Positions 1 through 13,190 of a DNA stretch of 64,000 nt are shown here, one piece after another. The notes beneath the pieces were generated by a model. It had not been told where the DNA came from. It saw nothing but the letters and a program-made list of their open reading frames with translations, and did not search any database. This DNA comes from Carpediemonas membranifera BICM (Eukaryota > Protista > Fornicata), in contig JAHDYR010000033.1 of NCBI GenBank assembly GCA_019828565.1, positions 1 to 64,000 of the forward strand, written 5' to 3'. A program made the position numbers and the translations under genes. The first letter of the stretch is position 1. Each line of letters starts with the position of its first letter.

Positions 1-2570
1 CGCCTCTTTCGCTGGTAGTAGCGTGACGCCGCCTATTCTGACCGTGGCTGCTCTGTCGACACTGATCATGACGTTCTTCTGCTCGTTGACGCCCATTTCG
101 TGTTCTCTGATGATCGCTATGACCAGGTTTGCTATGTTCTGGCTCTGTACCGGTGTGTCTCCCGTGACTGCCGTGTCATCCACAAACATGGTTAGCACTG
201 CCGGGAGTGGGTCTCTGGTACTTGTTGTTTCCACTGGTGGTTCTCTGATATCATAGGGCTCGCTCATGTGCTTTTTCCTGACCAGGTGGGGCCAGTTTGC
301 CATGAAGAGGACAAACAGGGTCGGGGCTAGTACGCACCCTTGCTTCACCCCCCTGTTTGTCCTTTCCCATGACTTAGCCCCTTTCACTGATATCCATGTC
401 TCTTGTAGTGTGCTCTGGATTGCTCTGATAAGGTGGGCCTCCACTCCCATTCCCTGGAGTTTGTCCATCAGGGTGTCTCTTGGCACTGTGTCGTATGTCT
501 TCTCTATGTCTAGGAACACTGAGGTCGTCTCCCCCTTCCTGGTGTCTCTGCACTATATACTGGATCTGCTGCACTACGTCCCTTTCAGGTTGGAATCCTG
601 CCTGTTCTCTGGGTATGAACCTTTTGGTGGCCTTCTCCAGTCTCTTCTTTAACAGCCGACCGTATACTCTGTACAGCAACGGGGTGAGCGAGATGGGTCT
701 ATACGACTCTGGCTTAACTCTGAGTTTTCCGGTCTTGTGGATAGCTGACACTGTTGCGTATTTCCACGTCTCTGGGATCTTCCCTTCTCTATATACCCTG
801 TTCATAAATCTGGTAAGCTCCTTGAGTCCTCGCTCATTGAGTTCTCTTAGCATGGTCCATGTTGTGTTCTCTGGGCCCGGGGCTGTGTCTCTCTTAATCT
901 TACTGATGGCTGCTTTCACTTCCTCCTTGGAGAATTCGTCCCCTCCTATGCCAGGCCACTCCTTCCACTCTGGTTCTCTGCCTCTACTTACCTTCGCGTA
1001 CTGCTTAAGCAGGATTTCACTGATCGTGGCCTTGTCCGTGGTGATCATTCCGTCCTTGAGCAGGCTGCCAGGCATCCCTTTGTACTGGTTGTCGCACCAC
1101 CATCTTCTGACTGCAGCCTCTACCATTGATCTCGATGCTTTGTATCCCTCTCTTGTGCTCTTGCTGAGGTCGGCTATCCACTCTTCTCTGCGTTTGTCCC
1201 AGTACTTCTTCAGTTCGCTGTTCATTAGTCTCGTCCTCACCTTGTTGCCTGCTTCTGACCATTCTGTTTCATGGAGGTCGGCCCATGCGCTGTCTTGTAC
1301 TATCTGCTCTCGTGGCTTAGCTCTCTTCTCCCCGGCTGGTTCCCCCAGGCAGGCTCTGATTGTCTCCTCCCACTGATCTATCGTTCCGTTTCTGTCTAGC
1401 TCCTTGATTGTTGTGTGGCCCTCCCTCTCTTTCATATTCCATGTGTGCACTCCTGGCATTTCCAGGCCACTGTCATCGTCTCTGTTGGCTCTGTATCGGG
1501 GTTCTTCCCAGGCAAGCTTGACCCCTTCGTGGGCCGACCCCCATACTCCCAGCACTGTCGAGCTGACCACTTGAATCTCTGCTTTCCTGATTCCCTCTGA
1601 GACCATTGCGAAGTCCGGTGTGGTGTTGCCACTGGATAATGTGCCCCTCTCTGGTATGATTGCTCTGAGTTTGTGTTTGTCCATAACATCCTTCCACCTG
1701 GTGGTTCCGTGTGCTGGCCCTGGGGCCATGTTCCAGTCCCCAATGATGATTGCTTCCATGTCCCCTTTCATGTCCAGTATCTCTTGGATGTTGTCTCTGA
1801 ACTGATCTTTCACTGTCTTCCCTTTATCTGAAGTGGGTGCATACACTGTGATTACCATGATGTCTCTGCTTGTCCTCATAATGCTTGCCTGCTCTCTTCC
1901 CGATAGGCTGTCAGTGATGCCGACATCCCATGTTGCTCTGGCGTGTGGGCTGACGATTGTGCCGATGCCTTCTCTGGTTCCCTGCCACTTAGGTGTTGGG
2001 GGTCGTCGCCTATGACTCCCAGTTGTCTGTTCACGCGATGCTGGCTCCTGGTCTCTCTTTTCCGCTTTTCGTTCGTTGTTGCTAGTGTTTCCTCTGTTTC
2101 TCTGCCTGCAAAAGCGTACTGGAAGTCTATGAAGTTGTGGACTCTTGTGTTTGTTGTTCTCCATGTCTCTTGCATACAAACCGCTTCAATGTCTCTGAGT
2201 TTGGTTTGTATTGCTGTTGCTATTGATGCCGTGAAGTCCTTTCCTCGTCCTATGTGCCCCTGAGTTCAGGCTTAAGATCTTGAACGTTTCCATGTTGTAC
2301 TATGCTCTGATCCTTATCCTGCGAATTCTGAGAATTTCTGCAGGGGCTAAGGGTTCACTGTGTCACTGTCCCGTCAAGGGGCCTCGATGCCGGTCTTGGT
2401 AACCCTTGGCGGGCCAGCCTCCGTGCTTCTTGGTGACCGGTTCGCCCTCGGGCATGGATACTTAGGAGGGGGCGCAGTGGCGTGACCCCCCCTTTGGCTG
2501 CCGCCACAACCCACTGGCAGTGCCCGTAGGCTAATGCCAGGCCCTGGGTGGGAGCCAGGGCTTGTTAAAA
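1..2570 (-). mobile_element. Non-LTR retrotransposon (LINE, APE endonuclease + RT), frameshifted, running off the left edge; 5' boundary approximate
   Basis: Minus-strand frames from ATG 2293: FKILSLNS and AVCMQETW (APE start), IIIGDWNM, TPDFAMVS, SAHEGV (APE). RT motifs KRDTAPGPE, YRPISL, EQAGF and, after a frameshift near 500, GVKQGCVLAPTLF and MFVDDTAV. Confidence 0.9.
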
Positions 2571-3146
2571 GAAAAATAAAGACTGTCTCTGAAACTCTGC
2601 AATACGTTACTTTACTCCCTCCTGTTCCAGTCTTGCGTTTACTGCGAGACTTGAGAGAGCAACCTGCTCGATGGCCATTCCACGTTCGTCGCTACTGTCA
2701 TGCCACTGCCCCAGGTACCGCATACTGACTGGGGTGTCTCGGCGGCGGCAGGGGGGGCCTTCTCATCCGTAAACTGCCCGGCCACCCTCACCTGCCCCTG
2801 GTATTCTCTGATCTCTGCTCGGTCTCTGCTCTTGATGTGCTGTTGTTGTCTGGTCTCAGCCTCTGAAAGGCAAAACTGTCGGTCTAGTGTGGCCGCTGTG
2901 GTCCATGCACGCTGCTGAATCTGCTGAAGGTGCTGTTAGTATTTGCATGTTGCTGTTTGCTTTGGTCTCTGCTTACCTTTGAGGCATATCTGCATTTGGT
3001 CTCAGGATGTTCGTCGATGCACTGTCTCTGAAAGCTTCCCGGATGGTCTATGTTGGTCATATGGTTGCTTACTATAAATATGTTCGTTATCTGCGGTCAC
3101 TGTTTGTTTCTCTGTAATTCTCTGATACTTTTGCTGCGATTCTTCG

Positions 3147-3708
3147 TTGCCAGGCCGACGGGGTACCCACACCCAAGCCTCCGTTGGTTCTGCCGGCCAA
3201 GGCACCACAGGAGGCTCATCCGGCGCCTCCACGGCCCCACCCAAGCCGACCGCTGGCCAGGCCCAAAACAAGGCCACCCCACTACCAAACCCCTCAGGTG
3301 AGCGCCGCGCTGGCCATATGCAGCTCCGCGATCGCTCCCAGATCCACAACTCTCGCCAAGTCAATAACGTCGAACACAGCAACGTTTTGGACGAAAGCTC
3401 CAATTTCGTCGCAGCTTTCACAGTTTCAGGCTCTATTAATGAGCAGGAACAACAACTCACAATCGATAGCGGCTCTGCGGTCACCATTGTTTCACGTTCG
3501 ATCGCAAACCGCCTGAATCTGGAAGAACACCCCGTAGAGAAGCCTTTTACTGTCCACACCGCCACACAACAAGAGCACATAACAGAACATCACCCACTAC
3601 GTCAAAGCCCGGGTAACGCTTCCCAGCACATCTGGCAACGTCATCGTCAACGACATGATAATGTACCTGATGGACCGTCATTCAGGTGTCCTCATCGGAT
3701 GCGACACC
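3147..3708 (+). pseudogene. Gypsy gag-end/aspartic protease fragment
   Basis: VSGSINEQEQQLTIDSGSAVTIVS (D-S-G active site) and, after a frameshift, VLIGCDT (retropepsin C-terminal motif). No LTR seen; abuts the TOP1 fragment. Confidence 0.75.
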
Positions 3709-3916
3709 ACCAAAACTGCGGACACCGTGGGCGTGTGCAACCTGAGGGTCGAGCACGTCACCCTTGACCCTGCCACCCGGTCCGTGAGCTTCGACTTCCT
3801 CGGCAAGGACAGCATCCGGTACCAGCGGACCGAGGTGTTCGCGGACTCCGTGGGGAAGAAGGCCAAGGAGTTCCGATTGTGGAACTCTGGCACCCACACC
3901 CGCGTGAACAAGTACC
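3709..3916 (+). pseudogene. TOP1: DNA topoisomerase IB, fragment 1 (core)
   Basis: ADTVGVCNLRVEHV...VSFDFLGKDSIRY...RVNKY matches the TOP1 core including the catalytic Lys of GKDS. Ends at TSD GTACC (3912-3916). Confidence 0.93.
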
Positions 3917-4003
3917 TGTTGTGGCCCCACATCATTTGATTGATCCTTTAAACTGCTTCCGTTCTTTATCCTTCGTAACCTTACCAAGGCAACATTGATA
4001 TCA

Positions 4004-7000
4004 ATGAATACCACGGAGACGACAGTTCATGAAGAGAACGATCGGATAGCGGAATTAGAGCGGCAAATTCGGAATTTGACAGGCCTTATCACCGAGCTCT
4101 CATCTCGTGAGGCCAAGAATGTCATCAAGCTAGAGCCATCCGCGCTCACGGAAGATAATCCTAAGCCCGCAACCGCCGAACACGATACCGCTCCGATCAC
4201 CGTCTCGTTCGCACAGAAACTACCCAAGTTCGAGAGTGGCCCGAAGAGCCTATCGGAGGACGACTTGTACTCCTTCTTACTGCGCTACGGCCGCGCTCGC
4301 CGCACCAAACCCGCTCTGGAGTCATGCCTAGGATGCCTCGCCACAGTGGCTCCTCAGCTGCCACGCCAGGCTCAAGGACCTTCATGCCGCACTGGAGGAG
4401 TGGAGCACCCGACTCCCTCTCATCCCGAGCTCGAGCGAGCAGATGCTTGCTTACATGAAGCAGACCGAGGCCGACTATGAGGCTGTCTTCGCAGCCACGT
4501 CACTACCCTTCAACGCGAACCGATCCACCTTCGACAAGGTCGCTGAGTTAGAGGCCCGCCTCACGACCGACTGGAGTAGGTCCCACGACCTCCTCCCCGC
4601 CCAGCGTCTCGCTCGAGCAGCCGAGGCCGTTGGGTTCGCCCTCAAGTGGTACAAGCTGGAGGACGGCCGGGCCATCATGAAGATCGTTAAGAGAACGATA
4701 CAAGCCGGACTGCCCCGCGAGAACCGGCTCCATGCCCTGGCGGAGTCAGTGTCAAGCTTCTCTGCAGCGAAGAGCTCCACGCAGTTTATCTCCGACATGA
4801 TCGAGGAGGTCTCGTCTATCGACGACTCCGCTAAGAAGGTGGGAGTCGACGCCTGGGGCACCTCGTCGAAGCGCCGTCCACAACATCAGCCAGACCGCGC
4901 TTCCCCCGCCGCTCAGTCGGGCTCCTCGCACTCCTCTCGCTCGGGCACCAAGATGCTCGAGCAGGCCACCTTTGAAAGACGATCTCACTCTACTAAGACC
5001 GCCAACAAGTCCAAAGACGACTCCGAGGCCGGGCTCAGGTCCGAGCGGACGAAGATGCCGGACAAGTGGCACGACCCGTCCAAGCCCCCGTTCCCTGGGA
5101 TGACCTGGTGTCCGAATCACGGCCGGTGGGGCTCTCACTCCCAAGAACAGTGCAACATAGGCTCAGGCAAGCCTGAGCCCGAAGGACGCACGCGGAGCGG
5201 TAAGGTCTTCTCACGAGGAGGCAACGCCGCTCTCGGCACTCCGTGGGACGAGGACATGGAGGCAGCCCTCTTCACAACAACCGCCCGCACGGAGGTTATC
5301 GAGGGCGAGCTCCTTCCTGACTCAGGGTCCACCGCGAGCTACATCTCTCAGGCAGAGTACGAGAGACTTATAGCCATCATGGCCATACCCACACGCGTCT
5401 CCACTCATGTGATGCAAACTGCAACACACCAAGAGACTCCAGCTATCTTCGACATAACTCTGACGGTCGGAGCCGACCGACCGGGCCAGTCCCCCTCAAG
5501 AGTGTGGACCACGATCACAGTCCACGTCATTCCGGGTCTTGCGATCCCATTCATCCTCTCGAAGTTCGCCTCCTACGAACTCGGTTTCCTTGGCAACCCT
5601 GATGACACTGCCCTTTCTCGCGACCCCGAGGCTGGCGACATCGAACTCTGGGACGAGGAGCCGGAGACCTCTCTTGACGCCCAGCTCGACAGCGTGATCG
5701 GGAAGAGCGACCCTGCCGTCAAGGAGGAGTTATCGGAGCTCCTCAAGGTCAAGTACAGACACTTGTTCGAACCTCCAGGCGACGAGCCAGCCCTGGCTGA
5801 GCCGATGGACATCATGCTGGTTCCTGATGCCAAGCCCCATGTCGCAAGAGCCTACTGGGTCTCTCCGAAGCTTAAGCAAGCCGTCGAGGAGATGGTCAAG
5901 ACCCTCCTAGCGAAGCACATCATCAGACCTTCGAAGTCGGGGTGGGCAGCGCCTACTTTCTTCGTCCATCAGAAGACAAAGGACCGCATGGTCATCAACT
6001 ACAAGGCAGTCAACGCACAGACTGTCAAGACACCGGTCCCACTCACGTCGATCGACGACCTCCTGTCCCACCTCCAAGGGAGCCAGTTCTTTGCCAACCT
6101 TGATCTGCGCTCTGGCTACCACCAAGTGCCTATGTCAGAGGAGAGCATACCGCTCACAGCCTTCATATGCCACCTTGGCGTCTTCGAGTTCACGCGAGTG
6201 CCCTTCGGACTGGTGAACGCTCCCTCCCACTTTCAGTCAGTTATGATGAAAGTCCTGGGCGACCTATTGTTCCACGGTTGCCTCGTCTATATTGACGACG
6301 TTCTAATCACCGGCTCAAGCAAGGAGGAGTTCCTCGAGAACCTCACCGCTGCCCTGGAACGACTCTCATCACACCGGCTCCGCTTGGGGCTTCCCAAGTG
6401 TGAATTCGGGGTGACCCAGGTGGAGCATCTTGGGCACGTAATATCCCGCGACGGGATATCCATCTCGCGCGATCGTCTTTCGGCCCTCGGCCGACTGCCG
6501 GTACCGACCAGCGTCCGATTGCTACGGTCGACCCTAGGCCTGATAAACTTCTTCAGGAAGTTCGTCAAGGACTACGCCGGGATCGCCGCGCCCCTATACG
6601 AGCTGACCAATGGTTCATCAGATCAACGCTTCACTCTTTCGGAGGAGGCGGAGAAGGCTTTCCACAACCTCAAGGACGCTCTGATCCACGCACCCATCCT
6701 CGTCCACATAGACTACTCGCGCCCGATTGTCGTGCAGTCCGACGCTAGTGGCTTTGGCGTGGGTGCTGTCCTCTTACAACTGTCACCGCATGGCGACCAG
6801 GAGTTCATATCCTTCTTCAGTCGGACCCTGAGGCCGGCCGAGCGCGCCTGGTCCATCACTGAGAAGGAATGCTTCGCTCTGTACTCCGGCGTCCTGAAGT
6901 TCGCCCCTTTCCTCAAGGGCCACACCTTCGTAGCGCAAGTTGACCACAAAAACTTGACTTTCCTTGTCGAGTCCTCTTCTTCCAAGGTCGAACGCTGGAA

Positions 7001-8354
7001 GCACAGACTTTCCGAGTTCATGTTCGAGGTTGAGTACATCCCCGGCCCGGCGAATGGCATCACCGACGGTCTGTCACGCGCCATGCAGGCTGACTTGTGC
7101 CTGGCTGCCGCCCCTGCTCAGGGCCAGTCTCACGAGGAGCTCATCGCCTCAGTGCATGGGAACTCCCTCAGCGGTCACTTCGGGGTCGAGGCCACAACCC
7201 GCAAGCTCACCGACGCCGGACACAGCTGGTCTGGTATGAAGGGCGACGTCCGCAAGTTCGTGCAGGGCTGCCCGGTCTGCCTCAAGTACCGCCTCAAGCT
7301 CAAGGTTTCACACAACCTCGGCCACCTGTACGCCGATACGCCTTTCCACTCAGTCTCGATCGACAGCATAGGGCCCCTACCCTCTGCCGGCGAGACCCGA
7401 CACGTGATTGTCATCGTCGACAACTTCACGAGATGGACGGAGCTCGTCCCTTGCTCCTCCACCACCGCCATTGAGGCCGCGGACGCCCTCGTGTCGAGTG
7501 TCTACTCCCGCCACGGTCTCCCTTACCTCATCCACTCGGACAACGGGTCCCAGTACGTCAACGAGGTGATCGATAGTCTCTGCCACGCTCTGAAGATCAC
7601 CCACACGACTATAGCCCCGTATACCCCCGAACCAGAACGGCATAGTCGAGAGAGCCAACGGTAAGGTCAAGTCGCACCTTCGCACCCTCATGGCCACTCT
7701 TGGTGAGAGGGAGGACTGGCCTCGCGTGCTCCCCCTAGTCCAGTTCCTGATCAACACCGCCTATCACCGTTCGATCGGCTGCTCACCCTACTCTCTCCTC
7801 TACGGCGATCACCTCAAGCCTCGGGTCAGTCTTCTTCCACGCCTGCTCGACGAGGACGAATGGCCTGGCGACGCCTCGGACGACTACGTCAACGACCTGA
7901 GGTCCAGGCTGAAGCAGATCAGGGAGGCCGCCAACAAGTGCCAGAGCGATGAGTTGGCCTACCAACAGGTGCCGACACTCAAGCTCACCCCTGGAGAGCT
8001 CGTGCTCCTTTGTCCGCCTAAGGGCCCGCTCAACAAGCTCGCTCCAAACTATCGCGGACCGTTCAAGGTGTCCCAATGTCACGCCAACAACATGTATACG
8101 ATCGCCAGCATCGTCGACGAGCAGAGTCCCGTTACCGTCCACTTAAGGCGCCTGCGTCAATTCGCCACCACCGCCGATGACACTGAGCTGGCCATGATCG
8201 CCTCCATGGACGCCGATGACCTCTATGTTGTCGAATCCATCGTCGAGCACCGTCCCCTCGCCTCCGATCCGGATGTTCTCGAATTCCGAATCCGCTGGCG
8301 CGGCTACGAGCCCGATGAGGACACCTGGCAATGCTATGACGAGGATCTATGGGG
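4004..8354 (+). CDS. Element A gag-pol (frameshifted; C-terminus resumes at 13350-13440)
   Basis: CPNHGRWGSHSQEQC knuckle-like motif, LPDSGS protease, LDLRSGYHQ and YIDD RT, SDASGFGVGAVL RNase H, HGNSLSGH...CPVC and HSDNGSQY integrase, GPF motif, FRIRWRGYEPDEDTW chromodomain. Removing B gives DEDLWGSIPAEDYIDAHGL... Confidence 0.92.
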
Positions 8355-8482
8355 TGTCGCAATACCGTATTAATATTTATATATTTTATGGGTGTCGTCT
8401 TGGTCCTACTTGGTCCGAGACGACACCAGTGTGTCGAAATAAATTAGCGCATCGTTACAACAGTGAATTCACTAGTGGCTAC

Positions 8483-11400
8483 ATGTTCGGTAATATTTCT
8501 CTGCCGACTCTGAGCGTTGAGACATTGACTAGCGAAACCTGGCGCTCATTTAAGAGGGATGCCGCCCGAATCAAGGCGTTGTATCCCGCCGCCAAGCTGG
8601 CTGTCCTCCTCCCCAATGACCTGCAGGACATCATCGAGGACACTCTCAACGTAGACCTGGCGAAGGCAAATGACGACAAGATTGACGAATACGTCAGCAA
8701 GTTCCTTGCTCCGGTGGACAAATTGTCCCTTGTCAAAGAGCTCGAGGCCGTCACCTGCCAGGTATCTGAAAAAGAATCACCTCCATTCGCGCGTACGTCA
8801 GCGCGTTCTCAGCAGTTTTCTCTAAGGCCGAAGACATCGAAGAGTCCGACTCGGACGAGGACGAAGAGAACAAGAAGAGGACGAAGAAGACATTTCCCCC
8901 TTTGAGAAGAACGCGCGTAAGATCTTCCTTCAGGGGATCCGCCCATCCACTTTCCGCAAGGTCCTGGACTTTGAACTCAAGGAGCATCCTAAGAGGAAGT
9001 CACTTGCCGATGCATACGAGCTGAGCATTGCCCTCGCTCAAGAAGATGACGACGCTCGGGCTAAGGCCATTCGCTTTGGTCACTACCAGGCCGGAAAGTG
9101 CTCCACCCGAAAGAAAGGAACGGCCGCAGGAGGCCAACCGCCTCGCCTCCCGGTCCCGGGCGCAGTTGCCTCAGGGGCCCCGGAGAAGTCTTCCACTCTC
9201 AAGCCGAACGACGTCAACCCAGCTTTGAAGCCTCCCCATCGTGCCTGTGGCAAGTGCGGCGGATGGCATTGGGATAATCAGTGCCCCAATGGGGCCCCAA
9301 TGCGCTCTCGCCAAGAAGGAGGCGGCCTCCGGTCCAACCCGAAGAAGAAGGAGCCAATCGAGGCTAATCTCCTGGACACGGACCCCCGATGAGCCACTCA
9401 AAGTGTCTGGTCGTATAAACGACCAAGAGTATTCCTTTATTATTGACACTGGAGCACCAAAATCTATCATCTCCGCTGCGTCAGCAGAGGCCCTTGGCCT
9501 ACAGACAGTGACCGGCCCGACCCTCCGCTTCAGAATGGCGAACGGTTCCATTTCGACAACTAACCACTATACTGAGGCTTGGTTACACCTCACGCTGGCG
9601 GGAGCCCCAACGCGGTTTAAGGCGAAGTTCGCAATCCTCAGTGGGGACCGCGAGAAAATCCTTATTGGCACCGACATTCTTCGTGTACTCGGGCTTCTCA
9701 CGAAGGATTCCTTATTCCTCCAGCTCGTAGCCGAAAATCTGAGCAAGGAGGACGGGGACGACATTCCGCTGAGTTTGAACCAGTTAGACGTCTCGGAGGA
9801 CGTTGGTGCTGTTGAAATTCCCGAATCCGCGAGCGCCACGCTCCGAAGCGAGGTACGAGCGCTACTTGCTGAGTATTCCACGTTGTTCGGCCCCATTCCG
9901 GCTCAAGGAGCCAAGGTTGAACCTATGCGGATCCGATTGAATGACCCGGACGCCCTGGTCCAGGAACGAGCCCGGAGACTATCAGGGGAACGACGCCTTC
10001 AGGTGCGGGAAGAAGTAACCCGCCTACGCCACCTTGGCATCACCAGGAACAGCGTCGGACCGTTCTCCTCCCCGATCGTGGTAGTGGATAAGAAGAACGG
10101 CGCCATACGCCTCTGTGTGGACGACACAAAGCTCAACATTCTCACCATTCGTGACCATTTTCCCCTTCCCGACTTGAAAACCTTCGTGCAGGAGGCGGCG
10201 GGGGCTCAATTCTTCGCCAGCTTGGACTTGACGTCCGGGTACCATCAGATGCCCCTCCACGAGGAAGACAGAGCTATGACGGCGTTTGTAACACCTGACG
10301 ACTACGAGGAGTTCAACCGAGTCCCATTCGGGCTGACTAACGCTCCGAGTTATTTCCAGCGTACCATGCAATCCATCCTCGCCCCGGTACTCCACCGGGG
10401 GGTGCTGGTCTATATTGACGACATCTTAATCTACGCCCAATCTGAGGAGGAACTTATAGCACGCTTAGAGCAAACCTTCCAGTTGCTGACAAAGTATGAC
10501 CTTCGGCTTAGCCCGGCAAAATGTGTGATCGGCGCGGAGGAGTTAGACATCGTGGGCTTCCACCTTTCCCGCGAGGGGAAGAGCATCGACAAGCGACGAA
10601 TTGAAGCACTCACGTCGATAGAGGCTCCGAGCAATGTTTCAGGGGTCAGAACACTCTTAGGGATGTTTAATTACGTGATCGACTTCATCCCAGCCGCGGC
10701 GGACCTTGTGGACCCCCTCTATGAGCTGATCAGGAACGCCGGTGAGCCATTCGTATGGGGACCACGCCAAGAGGAAGCCCTCGTGGCCCTGAGAGAGGCG
10801 GTAGCCCAAGAGACCGTCCTGGCTCAGCCTGATCCCAGCCTGCCATGGGACGTTCACACTGACGCAAGCGACCGGGGGCTTGGGGCCGTAATCACCCAGG
10901 GAGAGGGCGCGAATCGCCGCCTGGTCGCCTTCGTTTCGAAATTATTTAACGCGACGCAGAGGCGCTGGGCCACCTACGACAAGGAGCTGTACGCAATCCT
11001 TCATACCCTCACCCGGCCTGACTTGAGTCCTCTACTCAAGATGGTTAACTCGCTCACTATCCACACAGACCACCGGAATATTGTGTACCTCATGCGCCGC
11101 TCCCTCGTATCCCCCAAGGTGATGCGCTGGCGGATTGCTTTGCAAGAATTCAATTTCAACATTGCCCACATATCAGGCGAGCATAATGTGGTCGCCGACG
11201 CTCTTCACGGCTAGAATCGTCGACTAAGACTGTGAACAGTGCCGAGATCGTACCATCGGAGGAGGAGAAGCTGCGCATACTTCAAGATCTGCATGAGGGC
11301 GCCAATGGCCACCCCAAGGCAGTACGCCTTACGACTCTTGCGATGGAGGCGGGTCATGTTTGGCCCGACGTCTCGGCACTCGCCAAGCGGGTAGTCAAGC

Positions 11401-12646
11401 AGTGCTTGACATGCCAGAAGTTGCGCGCACACAAGCGAACGCCCCCGGCGAAGAACAGCACACACCGGTACACGCCCTTTGAATGCGTCCAAGTCGACAC
11501 TCTCTCCCTGGGGGCTAGCGGTGAGTACAAGGTGTGCCGTGTTACGAATGAGTTTTATGCAACCAACTCCCGCAGTTTAGGGTCACAAAGGGCGTCTTGG
11601 TCTTCACAGATGTCTTCACGAAATACGTGGTACTGAAGCCGGTGAGATCAACCACGGCCGCCGAGACAGCCCAAGCAATGCTAGAAGTCTGGGCCCTATT
11701 TGGGAAACCAGCGCTACTTCAAACTGATGGCGGACCGGAATTTAGGAACCAAGTGGACGCTGAAGTCAACCGGATCCTCTCCCTCAAGCATCGTTACTCG
11801 ACCCCACATCACCCAGCCTCCAACGGAATTGTTGAACGCACGAATGGAAAAGTCCTTCGTCTGTTGCGGGGTTTACTATTTGACAGCCAGGACTATGACT
11901 GGGTTCCTTTCCTCCCTTTAGTGCAGTACATCATTAATACACGGCCAACACGGGCCACGGGGCAAGCCCCCTTACGCCTAGTGACAGGCAATTCGGGATC
12001 CGACTCCGAGCAGTTTTCAGTCGCGCAATACGAGCGGGCGTGGGTCCTATTTAAGGAAATGTCGGCGGGCCAAGCCGATTGCCTGAAGGCGTTCCGCGAC
12101 GCCCTTAATACCCGCCGTCTGCAAGCCAAGGCTCATCTCCAACGGTATAGCGAACGAAACAAGAGCGGCGAGGACAGCGACACACCTCCGAGCTTCCCGG
12201 ATGGCTCCTTCGCACTCCTCCGCTACGTTGGCAGAGCTCCCAAGCTGCTCACCAGCCTCCGGGGCCCGATGAAGGTTGTACGAGCCGGCGAATCGCCCGC
12301 TACGCACGTGGTTCGCGACTTAGTGTCGCTGGCAGAGGTCCTGGTCAGCGATGAGCGACTCATTCCTGTCGAGACGCCAGAGGACGAGCAAGCCCTGATC
12401 GCTAGACTTGCCGCCGAGTGCGGTGAGTACGTGGTCGACAATGTCTACAAGCACAGGGTCTCAAACAAGGGGTCCAAGGTCGAATTCAAAGTCCACTGGC
12501 TGGGCTACGAGCCGAGCGAAGACTCTTGGATTAGTTTTACCAGAGACACCGACCAGCTGGAGGCCCTAGACCAATATTTGCGCGAGAACCCTGCACTAGA
12601 GCCGACTCTGGCTCGTATTCGTCGCAGGTGGCGGGCCCGGTCCTAG
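8483..12646 (+). pseudogene. Element B gag-pol (several frameshifts and a solo-LTR insertion)
   Basis: CGKCGGWHWDNQC zinc knuckle, IIDTGA protease, LDLTSGYHQ and YIDD RT, TDASDRGLGAV RNase H, QTDGGPEF integrase, FKVHWLGYEPSEDSW chromodomain. Confidence 0.92.
11533..11587. mobile_element. 55-bp solo LTR in the integrase of element B
   Basis: TGTG...CACA termini flanked by 4-bp TSD AAGG (11529-11532/11588-11591). Removal restores EYKGVLVFTDVFTK. Confidence 0.85.
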
Positions 12647-13113
12647 CCGCAGTATTAGGCAACTCAATCGGCGAGCAGCCAATTATGCTCAATTACCCCC
12701 CAGGAAGTAATTATTCCGCCCAATATCGCTCTACACATGCTTGTTACACCTCTTTTGCGGGGAATTTCGGTCCAAACCTCCCCAGTTAATCGATAGTCGA
12801 TTGATTCCAAATTTTTGCGCATTGCGGGGGAACCAATGCCCGTGAGAACCTAGTGCTACAGCAGTACAATCACCTTTATATATCTCCCCATTTCCCTCGG
12901 GTTCAGCTCTCGTTGCGATCATCTTCCCCGTTCACTCTTTCGCCATCGACTCGTGTTTCGGCCACCACACGAGGTACTCAGACCTCAGACAGGAGGTGGA
13001 GGTAGGCCGCTGCAAGGGCATATCGAGTACACCCTTTCCATTTTTTTCCGTCCTTCGCCTCCTCCTTCTTTTCGACTCATCGCTGGGTCGTGCAGGTTAA
13101 GACCCATTCAATG

Positions 13114-13190
13114 AAAAATATGGTGACTCCGGGGGTCGAACCCGGTTCCACCCTGAAGGAAGATCCTCGACCATCGGATGGGTTTCTGAC
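13114..13190 (-). other. tRNA-like (Pol III box B) sequence in the 3' UTR of element B
   Basis: Minus strand: ATCC-GATGGTCGA-GGAT D-arm-like hairpin, CCGGG-TTCGACC-CCCGG T-arm, AGTCACCA, then TATTTTT. The acceptor and anticodon stems do not pair well. Confidence 0.45.
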
